Below are positions 1-8,952 of a DNA stretch of 64,000 nucleotides, piece after piece. The translations under genes and the position numbers were made by a program. Position 1 is the first letter of the stretch; each line of letters begins with the position of its first letter. The DNA comes from an uncultured Alphaproteobacteria bacterium (GTDB lineage Bacteria > Pseudomonadota > Alphaproteobacteria > Rhizobiales > Beijerinckiaceae): assembly GCA_963774195.1 (NCBI GenBank), contig CAVZDY010000004.1, positions 365,878-429,877 on the forward strand, in the 5' to 3' direction. The notes under the pieces were generated by a model that made no database searches, was not told the DNA's origin, and saw only the letters and a program-made list of their open reading frames with translations.

Positions 1-675
1 GATCGCTTCCGCGCCAGCGCGACCCGCATCATTTGCAACGTCGGCACGCTGACGGTCGGAATTGACCTCGACGTGCGTTGCCTGATCGACGCCCGGCCGA
101 CGAAAAGCGAGATGCGCTTCGTCCAAACGATCGGGCGCGGCCTGCGCACGGCGCGCGGCAAGGACCGGCTGATCATCCTTGACCATGCGGGGAATCATCT
201 TCGGCTCGGCCTGGTCACGGATATTCATCACGATAGCCTTGACGACGGATCGCCTCGTCGCGGCGGCCAAGACCGCGTCGAGCGTGCCAAGCCGTTGCCG
301 CGGCTGTGCGAGGAGTGCAAGGCGGTCTTGCCGCGTAGGCTCACCGTCTGCCCGTCTTGCGGCGCTTTCCGTGAGGCCAAGTCTGAGGTGATCCACACCG
401 ACGGCGAACTTGTTTCGCTCGGCTCGCGCGCCCCTGCGAGCGCCGGGCCGACCATCGCGGAAATGGCGGCCTTCTACGCCGAGTTGAGCGGATATGCCCG
501 CCAGCGCGGCTATGCCGTTGGCTGGGCGTCTCATAAGTTCCGCGAGAAGTTCGGCGTTTGGCCGAACGATCCGCGCATCAAGTACGCGGCGCCGACCTTG
601 CCGTCTCTGAAGGTCAAGCAGTGGATCCGATCAAGGCAGATCGCTTTCGCGAAAGTGCGCGCCGCCTATGGCTAA
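1..675 (+). CDS. Superfamily II (DEAD/DEAH-like) phage helicase, C-terminal part; 5' end outside window
   Basis: Open frame from base 1. Motif V-like NVGTLTVGID, motif VI QTIGRGLR, C-terminal CxxC...CxxC zinc finger (CEEC/CPSC). Confidence 0.85.
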   Translation, partial: DRFRASATRIICNVGTLTVGIDLDVRCLIDARPTKSEMRFVQTIGRGLRTARGKDRLIILDHAGNHLRLGLVTDIHHDSLDDGSPRRGGQDRVERAKPLPRLCEECKAVLPRRLTVCPSCGAFREAKSEVIHTDGELVSLGSRAPASAGPTIAEMAAFYAELSGYARQRGYAVGWASHKFREKFGVWPNDPRIKYAAPTLPSLKVKQWIRSRQIAFAKVRAAYG

Positions 676-1141
676 GACGCCTCGCCGCAATCGGATCGCG
701 GGGCAGTTTGCCGCTCGCCCTATCGAGATGATGGAGTCGCCCGCTTATCGAGCGCTCAGTCTGTCGGCGCATCGCGTGCTGTCTCGTCTCGAAATCGAGT
801 TGGCGCATCACGGCGGCGCCGACAACGGCAAGCTGCCAGTTATCTACGATCACTTCGCCGAGTATGGGCTCGACCGCCACGCCATCGCGCCGGCCATTCG
901 CGAGCTCGTCGCGCTGGGCTTCGTCGAGATCACACGCCGCGGCTGCGCGATCAATGGCGACATGCGGCAATCGGCGCTGTACCGGATCACCTACCGTCAT
1001 GTGCGAGGCGTCGACGGCGACGGCACTCACGAATGGCGGCAGATCAAGAGCGACGAGGAGGCCAAGGCCATCGCGAAAGAGGCGCGCCAAGACGCCGACC
1101 CGCGCGCTCGCCAACTCGCCTTGGCCCGCTCCAAAAAATAA
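668..1141 (+). CDS. Phage-type helix-turn-helix protein, possible replication initiator
   Basis: Overlaps helicase stop, wHTH-like segment (IAPAIRELVALGFVEITRRG), directly followed by iteron-like repeats. Confidence 0.55.
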   Translation: MAKTPRRNRIAGQFAARPIEMMESPAYRALSLSAHRVLSRLEIELAHHGGADNGKLPVIYDHFAEYGLDRHAIAPAIRELVALGFVEITRRGCAINGDMRQSALYRITYRHVRGVDGDGTHEWRQIKSDEEAKAIAKEARQDADPRARQLALARSKK

Positions 1142-1144
1142 AAG

Positions 1145-1253
1145 ACCAGTGGGGGTTTTTCCCGTCTACCAGTGGGGGGTTTCCCCACTGAAAGCCTGAT
1201 TTACCAGTGGGGGTTTCCCACACTACCGTCCCAGTGGGGGTTTCCCACACTAC
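1145..1253 (+). repeat. Four direct repeats CCAGTGGGGG(G)TTT(TT)CCC, iteron-like
   Basis: Copies begin at ~1146, 1169, 1204 and 1231; the last two extend to ...TTTCCCACACTACC. Confidence 0.85.
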
Positions 1254-1682
1254 CTCTATATCTCGGGGGGATTACCAACCCGATCACAGCGCGACCGGCC
1301 TGTGCCGCGATGGGCGATGATGGCAGCAACGGCCCGATAAACGGAAGCTCTACCTCGTGCATTTTTTCGGTGAGTGCGCCGCCCCTGCCCGCCCGCCGCC
1401 GCTGCCCGCGTCACACCCGCGTCGTCATGCACAGGCACGCCAGGCCGCCAGCCGGCGCGCGCCCAGCCAGGCGCGGCGAGGATGAACGCGCGCGAGCGTC
1501 GGCTTGATCTCCGGCCTCTGTGCGTCGCTCCGGCGACCGACACCTGATACACAATCAGATGCTCTTGCTCTCGCAAATGTCGCAAAATGTCTTGTTTTGT
1601 CGATCTTGCAGAGAATAGCATATCGCGCGCATACTGACGGGGTAACGTTCGGGTATCAGGCCGCGCCATTTCAGAGATCAGA

Positions 1683-2129
1683 ATGCTCGAAAGCCAACCC
1701 CTCGCGAAGCCTTTGTCGCCCGTTCGCAGCGGGCGCGCGACGCGTCCGGCGACGATCTGCAACAAGTCGACGAATGACCCCCGCTTCGTTCATGGGGCTG
1801 ACGGGCGTTCCAGGCTGATGCGCCGCCGCCGCGACCTGATCGCAATCTTCGTGGCGGACCTGGGTGGCGACGCCGCAGTGACGCCCTCCCTCATGGTGAG
1901 CGTGACACGTGCAGCGGACGCCGTCGCCATCGCTGAGAGCCATCGTTCCCGCGCACTGCGCGGCGAGGCGATCAACCTCGACGACTTGGTTCGAGTTGAG
2001 AACATCGCGTCTCGTGCCGTGAAGGCGCTTGGGATCAAGCCGGGCGCGGGTGGTGCGAAGCCTCCGTCTCTCAGCGACTACCTCGCGTCCCGCAAGCCTT
2101 CCCCTCCCGCTGAGGAGGCCGCGGAGTGA
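1683..2129 (+). CDS. Putative terminase small subunit-like protein
   Basis: DGRS..RRRRDLI..F..DLGG pattern; ends overlapping the terminase large subunit start. Confidence 0.5.
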   Translation: MLESQPLAKPLSPVRSGRATRPATICNKSTNDPRFVHGADGRSRLMRRRRDLIAIFVADLGGDAAVTPSLMVSVTRAADAVAIAESHRSRALRGEAINLDDLVRVENIASRAVKALGIKPGAGGAKPPSLSDYLASRKPSPPAEEAAE

Positions 2130-3640
2130 TCAACATCGTCGAAGCGATCGACGACCCCTCGCTGTTCGGCCCGTGGTTCCAAGGGCCGTCTTGGGCGACC
2201 TGGCGGGCGATCCTGAAGGCCGCCTTCGCCCTTCCCATGTCGAAGCGCGAGCGCGAGCTATTCCGCCGCGTCGCCGATCGTGAACCGCCTCGCAAGCGTG
2301 TCCGTGAGTTGTGGATCATCGCCGGCCGCCGCGCTGGGAAGGACAGCGTCGCGAGCGCCATTGCCGCATGGTTCGGCGCAATCCCAGACTATTCGGGCCT
2401 TCTTCGTCCGGGCGAAGCCGCGAGCGTCATGTGTCTCGCGGTCGATCGCCAGCAAGCCAAGATCGTCTTGAGATACACCAAGGCGTTCTTCGAGCGCATC
2501 GAGTTGCTGCACGGTCTCGTCACCCGCGAGCATGCCGAGGGCCTCGATCTCAGCACCGGCGCCGAGCTTTCCGTCTTGGCCAGCAACTATCGATCGGTTC
2601 GCGGGCGTTCCGTCGCGTGCGCTGTCCTCGACGAGTGCGCGTTTTGGCGATCCGACGAAAGCGTGTCCCCCGATACCGAGACATACGCCGCCCTCGTTCC
2701 TGGCCTCGCGACGCTGCCCGGTTCGATGATTGTCGGCATATCGTCGCCCCATCGTCGCGGCGGCCTTCTCTATGAGAAGTATCGAGCGCACTACGGCAAG
2801 CCCGACGACGACGTCCTCGTGATCCGCGCCCCGTCGCGGGTGCTCAATCCGACGCTCGACCAGAAGATCATAGACGACGCAATGGCGCGTGATCCGGACG
2901 TGGCTCGAGCTGAATGGCTTGCGGAGTGGCGCGACGACATCGCGACGTTCCTCTCTCGCGACCTAATCGAGAATGCCGTCGACACTGGCGTCCCGGTCCG
3001 TCCGCCGCGTCCCGATGTTCGATATGTCGGCTATGTCGACGCAGCTTCCGGCGTCGGAAAGGACTCTTTCGCCTGCGCAATTGCTCACGCCGAAGGCGAA
3101 GAGATCATCGTCGACTTGGTGCATGAAATCCGCCCCGGGTTTAACCCGACTTCGGCGACGGCTGAGGTTTGCGCGCTGCTCAAAACCTACAGAATCAGTA
3201 CAGTCCGCGGGGACAAGTATGCTGCCGGCTTCGTAATCGAAGCGCATGCGAAGTTCGGGATCAATTACCTGTACTGCGACAACGACACGTCGACGAACTA
3301 TCTCGGCGCGCTTCCGTTGTTCACCAGCGGACGCGTCAGACTTGTCGATAACGAACGCTTGGTCGCCCAGTTCGCAGGCCTTGAACGTCGGACGTCGCCG
3401 GGAGGGCGCGACCGGGTCGATCACGGCGTCGGTGATCGGCACGACGACGCGGCTGCGGCTGTGGCGGGCGCCTTGGTCCTTGCGACGCAACACGAGCCCG
3501 AAATCCCGGTCATTGCGCCGGTCCTGATCGGCAGGCCCGCGCCGCGGTACTTCCCCGAAAGCAGCATCTACACGGCGGGCGGCCTTGAAGGCGCGATCGC
3601 CGACACCCGCAAATCCGGATTTTCAAGGAGACTCGCATGA
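2126..3640 (+). CDS. Terminase large subunit-like protein
   Basis: Walker A-like AGRRAGKD, Walker B AVLDE, coupling motif ISSP, RNase H-like acidic residues (YVDAASG...DS; DH..GDRHDDAA). Confidence 0.8.
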   Translation: MINIVEAIDDPSLFGPWFQGPSWATWRAILKAAFALPMSKRERELFRRVADREPPRKRVRELWIIAGRRAGKDSVASAIAAWFGAIPDYSGLLRPGEAASVMCLAVDRQQAKIVLRYTKAFFERIELLHGLVTREHAEGLDLSTGAELSVLASNYRSVRGRSVACAVLDECAFWRSDESVSPDTETYAALVPGLATLPGSMIVGISSPHRRGGLLYEKYRAHYGKPDDDVLVIRAPSRVLNPTLDQKIIDDAMARDPDVARAEWLAEWRDDIATFLSRDLIENAVDTGVPVRPPRPDVRYVGYVDAASGVGKDSFACAIAHAEGEEIIVDLVHEIRPGFNPTSATAEVCALLKTYRISTVRGDKYAAGFVIEAHAKFGINYLYCDNDTSTNYLGALPLFTSGRVRLVDNERLVAQFAGLERRTSPGGRDRVDHGVGDRHDDAAAAVAGALVLATQHEPEIPVIAPVLIGRPAPRYFPESSIYTAGGLEGAIADTRKSGFSRRLA

Positions 3641-4236
3641 GCACCAGCGAAGCCCAGGCCACCCTCGAGGCCTTGCGGGCCAAGCTTGCCGAGGCATCGT
3701 CCCGCGAGATCGCGCTCTCCGTCGAGCGTCGGCGTCTCAGCTTTGATGCGAACACGGGCGACGCGGCCGCCGCCAAAGCCCTCGACGAAGCGAACAAGGC
3801 GACGGCGACGCTCGGCCTTGAAACCGAAAACCTTGTCTCCGCGATCGACGAGGCGAAGCGCCGGCTTGCGGCGGCCGAGCGCGTCGAAGAGATGGTGGCG
3901 ATGCGCGACAGGGCGACCGAGGCGCAAGTGCTCGGCGAAATGCTGATCGAGCGTGCCCGCAAGATCGACGCGGCGCTGGAGATCGTGGCGGCCGAGTTGC
4001 TGGGCTTCGTGGCCGACATCACGGCTTTGAACCGGTTGGGCGCTTCGAACCCGCGGGCCGAGCAATTCACGGCGCTGGGCGAGCGCGCTCTCGCTACGGC
4101 TCTCATGCCGACGCCGCTGAAGGTTCGCCACCTCGGCCACGGTGAAAAGCGGACCTTTTCCGAGTTGGCCAAGGGCTGGCGCGACAGCGTCGAGCGCTGG
4201 GCGTCGGCGTTCGTTGGCAACGCGGAGGCCGCATAG
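3637..4236 (+). CDS. Hypothetical coiled-coil protein
   Basis: 199 aa, A/E/R/L-rich helical composition, coupled to neighbouring genes. Confidence 0.65.
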   Translation: MSTSEAQATLEALRAKLAEASSREIALSVERRRLSFDANTGDAAAAKALDEANKATATLGLETENLVSAIDEAKRRLAAAERVEEMVAMRDRATEAQVLGEMLIERARKIDAALEIVAAELLGFVADITALNRLGASNPRAEQFTALGERALATALMPTPLKVRHLGHGEKRTFSELAKGWRDSVERWASAFVGNAEAA

Positions 4237-4499
4237 TGGCGAACGCGCTCGGAACTGCCGCGCACGCGCTCGACGGAGACGTCGCTCAACTGCAAACCGA
4301 CCTTGCGACGTACCTCGCCGCGGGCGGCTCGCCCCGCGATTTCTATTGGTGGCTGCTTCAAAAGCTCACCCAGACAAGCGGCCACACGAACACGATGACG
4401 AACATCATCAGGAAGGGCGCCAGCAAGGGCACGCGCCCGTCTCCGGCAATGCTCAACACGACGCTCTCGGCGCTCACGCCTGGTGCGACCTATCCCTGA
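4236..4499 (+). CDS. Hypothetical protein
   Basis: 87 aa ORF whose GTG start overlaps the upstream stop. Confidence 0.55.
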   Translation: MANALGTAAHALDGDVAQLQTDLATYLAAGGSPRDFYWWLLQKLTQTSGHTNTMTNIIRKGASKGTRPSPAMLNTTLSALTPGATYP

Positions 4500-4518
4500 A
4501 CAGAGAGAGGAAACCAAC

Positions 4519-4887
4519 ATGTCGAACGTCAACATCGGCGGCCTCGCGCAAATCGTCCTGGAAGGCAAAGCCGCCGAGTATCGCAAGGCGCACCCGGAAC
4601 TGACCGAGGAGCAGGCCTTCGCGAAGGTCTATAGCGATCCCGCCAACCGGGAGGCGGCGGCCGCGGAGCGGCTCGCGAACCGCAGCGCCACGGCGGAGCC
4701 GATGGCGATCTCGACGGCGCTAGCCAAGCGCGAGAGCGCGATGGATGCGCTCACGGCCAAGGCGGAAGAATTGCGGGCATCCCACCCCGAGCTATCCGAG
4801 GCCCAGGCTTTCGCCAAAACCTACAAGGCGAACCGCGGGCTCGCAGTGGCGGAACGCGGCGCGGCGCGGGCGGCGATCGGCGCATGA
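4519..4887 (+). CDS. Hypothetical protein with internally duplicated motif
   Basis: RBS GAGAGG. Motif KA.E.R..HPEL(T/S)E.QAFAK.Y occurs twice. Confidence 0.7.
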   Translation: MSNVNIGGLAQIVLEGKAAEYRKAHPELTEEQAFAKVYSDPANREAAAAERLANRSATAEPMAISTALAKRESAMDALTAKAEELRASHPELSEAQAFAKTYKANRGLAVAERGAARAAIGA

Positions 4888-6206
4888 GTTTGGCGCTCAC
4901 AGTGCAGGAGCGTCAGAGGCGCAGCGGACGGTCGCCTAAAACATCCGCCGCGGAGGTCGTGCTCTTCGCTGGGGCAGCGGCCTCCGCATTTCAATCGAAA
5001 GGGAAGCTGATGGGTGAAGCGATCTCGTTAAAAGGCCTCCGCCGCACGCTCGCGGCCGCGACGCTTCTCGCCGCCTCGATCGGCCTTGCGCAAGCGCAGG
5101 GCGTCAGAATCGACGATCTCGGGAGCATCCCGTCGATCGACGGCTCGGAGAGCATGTTTTGCAGCCAGGACGGGACGCCGTATCGCTGCGCACCCGCGCA
5201 GATCGCGACCTATCTTCAAGGCATCATAGGGGGATGGCCGCTCACTTGGACGGCGCGCGCCACTTTTGCCGTAGCGCCAGTTTACACCGCGACGACCGGC
5301 TTTGGGAACTCGGTCGTCAATCCAGGAACCGGCTATCTCGAAAGCGTTCTCCCGGTCCAAACCATCACGGGCGCGTCTTACTCCTTCTCGACAACGGACC
5401 TATTTAAGAAGACGCGCCGCTCCAATGCGGGCGCGGCGATGGCAGACACGTTTCCTGCGGCGACGACGCTGGGAATTGTCAACGGCGCGCGCATCATTGT
5501 CTCGAATACGGACGCAACAGCCTCGATCACGATCACGGCGGGCGCCGGCACGTCGATGCCTTCCGGGTCGACCGACGTCATCGGCCCCGGCCGCGACGTC
5601 GCCTATGAATACGACGCGGCCTCGGCGACCTGGCGCGGAGCGTTCAACACGCGCACCGCGCTCCTGTCGGGCGGCGACGTCGCGATCGGCGCGAACGGCG
5701 CGACGCAAGTCAACAAGATCCAGGGGACGGCTGTCTCGACGCCGACCGGCTCCGGCGCCGTGGTGCTCGCGCAGAGTCCCGCGCTAACCGGAACGCCGAC
5801 AGCGCCTACCCAAACGACCGGCGACAATACGACGAAGATCGCGACGGATCAGTTCGTCTCGTCGGCGGTAGCGAACGCTGCAGCGGGCGCGATCCCTGCG
5901 CCGCAAGGACGCCTGACGCTGACGAACGGCTCACCGGTTATGACCTCGAATGTCTCGGCGGCAGGGACGGTCTTTTACGCGCCCTATGCCGGATCGAGCA
6001 TTCCGCTCTGGAACGGAACGGCGTTCGTCCCGAACTCGGTTCGCGCAACTCAGCAATGTCCTCGCCAACTCGTCGACCGGCAACGCCGGGCCGGCGGCTG
6101 CTGTCGCGTCAGCTCTCTATGATTTCTTCGTCTGGAACAACGGAGGCGCGCTTACCCTCACTCGCGGTCCTGCCTGGACAAGCGCGAACGCGCGCTCGCT
6201 GTCGAT

Positions 6207-7261
6207 TAGAGCGGTTCCCGTTCAGGTTGGTTCATAGCCGGCGGCCTCGAAATAGTTTGCGCATTCGCGCGGCGTGACAAGCGGAATGCATTCGGCGATT
6301 GCGCGCCACAGACCTTCGACGGTGCGTTCGGCGGCTCTGCGCAGCAGCGCCTTGAGCTTGGAGAACATCTTCTCGATCGGGTTGAAGTCGGGGCTGTAGG
6401 GCGGCAAGTAGAGCAAGGTCGCGCCGGCGGCTTCGATCATTTGGCTGATCCTCGGTCCTTTGTGGCTGGACAAATTGTCCATGACGACGATGTCGCCAGG
6501 CGACAGCGTCGGGACCAGGAATTGCTCGACATAGGCTTCGAAGACCTGGGCGTTGATCGGTCCGTCAAAGACCAGCGGCGCGACAACCCCCGCCAGCCTC
6601 AGTCCGGCCACGAAGGTCGTGGTTTTCCAATGGCCGTGGGGGACGGCGGCGCGCAGGCGTTCGCCTCGCGGAGCGCGACCGTATCTTCGCGCCATGTTCG
6701 TGGAGGCCCAGGTTTCGTCGATGAAAACCAGCTTCGCCGGATCAAGATCGAGCTGAGACGCGAACCATTGCCGACGGCGCTTCAGGATATCGGGGCGATC
6801 TTGCTCGGCCGCGTGCGCGGACTTTTTTTGAGCGTGATCCTCCTTCGGGCGAAGAAGCGCGAGAGCGCGGAGATGCTGAAGGAATGGCCCTTGGCTGCGA
6901 GGGCGGCGCGCATTTCGGCCAAGGTGGCGTCGCTGCCGGGGCCGAGCAGGGACAGGATGAAATCAGCCTGCGCCTCGATCGCCGCTGATCGACGATCGCC
7001 GCCCTGCCGCTTGGGCGCAAGGTCGCCCGTCGCCAGCGCCTGCGCAACCCAGCGGATCGCGCTCGATACCCCGACCTTGAAATGCGCCGCCGCCTGACGG
7101 CGCGACATTCCCCCATTCACCGCGTCAACCACGCGCTCGCGAAGATCCGTCGAAAGAGGTTCCCCCATGTCGGCCGGCCTCCTTCGCCAGCCAACACGGT
7201 GAATCAGAAACACGTCGATTCGGGAATCCCAAGCGATTCTAATCGGTCGAGAACCGCTCTA
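6207..7261 (-). mobile_element. IS630-family insertion sequence (1055 bp including both TA)
   Basis: Terminal inverted repeats TAGAGCGGTTC at 6207 and GAACCGCTCTA at 7251-7261, TA target duplication, two-ORF transposase. Confidence 0.95.
6222..7168 (-). CDS. IS630 transposase (ORF A 7168-6782 plus ORF B, -1 frameshift at A7G, 6823-6829)
   Basis: HTH N-terminus (DLRERVVDAV), DDE motifs FIDET, DNLSSHK, YSPDFNPIE. Confidence 0.93.
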
Positions 7262-7880
7262 GTCGCGTCAATGGCGTTCTCACCAATGCCTCTGCAATCA
7301 CCAACGGCCCAACAGCCGGGTATGGAACTTACGTCGGCACAGGCGCGACCGACGCCTCCGGCGGCACGATCACCTGGAACATGGGTAGCTCGGCCTCAGG
7401 GGGCGGTGCGGCGTATCTCGACCTTTGGAATCAGTACAACCGCGTCAACGTCGTAGCGAATGTCGTGGACTCGGGCGCGACCTATACCTACGCGACGGCT
7501 TCTTGGCGCGAAGTGCGCGGCGGCGCCACGGATCAAATTAACTTCGTGATGGGGCTTGCTGAAGACCAAGTTCTCTCCAGCTACGGCACGACCGCGACAA
7601 CGAGCGGCACTGTCGGATCGACGAATATTTTCTCGGTTGGGTTCAATTCGACAACCGCGCCTCTTTCGCCGCAGTTCACCCTTGTGGCCCAAGTGGCGAG
7701 TTCGACGTTAGGCCTTAGCGGTTCCACTTCGTATTCCGTGTGGCCGTTGCCAGGCTGGAATTATCTTGCCGCGTGCGAGTTCGGCGAAAGTCCTTCGAAC
7801 ACTCTCAATCCCAACGAAAACAGCACGCTACTCGCAGAGCTGCGCATGTAGGCTTCGCGCCCTAATCAAGAGGAAGACTG

Positions 7881-8117
7881 ATGGGTGAAGTCATCGCGTT
7901 CCCAGACATCCGCCGCGCGCAGCCCGTGCCATCGGCGCCCGTCCATATGTGGGCGGTCATCGCCTCGATGGCCAAGCCACCTCCGGGCGTCTCGGAAGCG
8001 ATGGCGGCGATGGACGCCATCAGCGACGTCGGCCGGCGGCTTTGGGAGGTCCCGACGCTTCCCGGCGAGGCACGGTTTCTCAAGCAACTGAAGGAAATCA
8101 CGCAATGGATGGGTTGA
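7881..8117 (+). CDS. Hypothetical protein
   Basis: 78 aa ORF with upstream GAGGA RBS. Confidence 0.5.
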   Translation: MGEVIAFPDIRRAQPVPSAPVHMWAVIASMAKPPPGVSEAMAAMDAISDVGRRLWEVPTLPGEARFLKQLKEITQWMG

Positions 8118-8525
8118 AAGTGGAAGTTCAAGGCGACGCCGCGCCTTTCGCGGCGGCGGTCGAAGAGAAGAAAACGGAGCGCACGGCGAACCCGGTGACG
8201 GTGATCGATGATCGCACGGCGAAGGTGGTCGAACTCGGCCGGGCGGCTTCTCGAGGTCAGGCGGCTTTCCGCGCTCGACCGCATGCGGCTCCTCAAAGTC
8301 GCCGGAGCGAAGGATTCCGAAAACGCGCAGTGGATGAGCTACGCGACGCTGGCGGCCAGCGTGCAGAAGATCGACGGCAATCCGATCGGAATGATCACGT
8401 CGCAAGTCAAGCTCGAAGGCGTGGTCCAGCAGCTCGACGAGCACGGCCTCAAGGCGGTAGTCAGCGCCCTTCTTGCGCTCATGCCGCCGGAAGAGGAGGT
8501 GGCCGACGCCGCCCGAAATTTGTAG
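8105..8525 (+). CDS. Tail assembly chaperone (G-like); apparent frameshift near 8235
   Basis: MDGLKVEVQ... continues after a shift as AGRLLEVRRLSALDRMRLLKV...ARNL*. Lies upstream of the tape measure-like gene. Confidence 0.6.
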
Positions 8526-8695
8526 AGCGCACCCCGCTTCGCTCCATCGCGTGGCTGGTCAAAAACGGCCTGTCGCTCGAGCAAGTCGACCGAATGGACG
8601 AAGCGGAAATGCTGGCGTGGCACATCGCGTTCGGTGAGATCGAAGGCGGCGAATGGGATTGGGACAGGATGCGCTGGGAGAAGCCTGAAACCTAG
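8516..8695 (+). CDS. GT-like -1 frameshift extension of the tail chaperone
   Basis: Heptamer A AAT TTG (8516-8522) just before TAG. The -1 frame gives FVERTPLRSIAWLVKNG...GEWDWDRMRWEKPET with no start of its own. Confidence 0.65.
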   Translation, partial: KFVERTPLRSIAWLVKNGLSLEQVDRMDEAEMLAWHIAFGEIEGGEWDWDRMRWEKPET

Positions 8696-8919
8696 CGAAG
8701 CAAGGGGGCGATCTTGGTCTCGACGACAGCGGACAGCACGCACCACACGACGAACAACAGCGCGGCGGTCGCAAGCCCGCGGAAGACGACACGGGGGAAC
8801 CACTCCATCGCGCGCAGCCATGCTGGCGCGCTGGGGTCGTTGAAGTCGCGCGGGGTGACGATGATGCCCGTGTGGATCGGGCCGATCCGTGGGCCAGAAA
8901 TCCAGAAGCGAAGGCGCAT
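8692..8919 (-). CDS. Small membrane protein, antisense to the tail module
   Basis: 75 aa MRLRFWISGPRIG... with a C-terminal hydrophobic helix (GLATAALLFVVWCVLSAVV). Confidence 0.55.
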   Translation of the reverse strand: MRLRFWISGPRIGPIHTGIIVTPRDFNDPSAPAWLRAMEWFPRVVFRGLATAALLFVVWCVLSAVVETKIAPLLR

Positions 8920-8952
8920 GCCCCAACATACGCCCGGTAAGGGAATCCAGCA

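Larger units (their letters stand above)
5010..7851 (+). pseudogene. Tail fibre-like protein interrupted by IS630, with a frameshift near 6050
   Basis: Phage fibre repeat SPALTGTPTAPT...TKIATDQFV. Removing the IS (one TA copy) rejoins ...NARSLSI|SRVNGVLTNASAITNGP... in frame to the stop at 7851. Confidence 0.75.
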
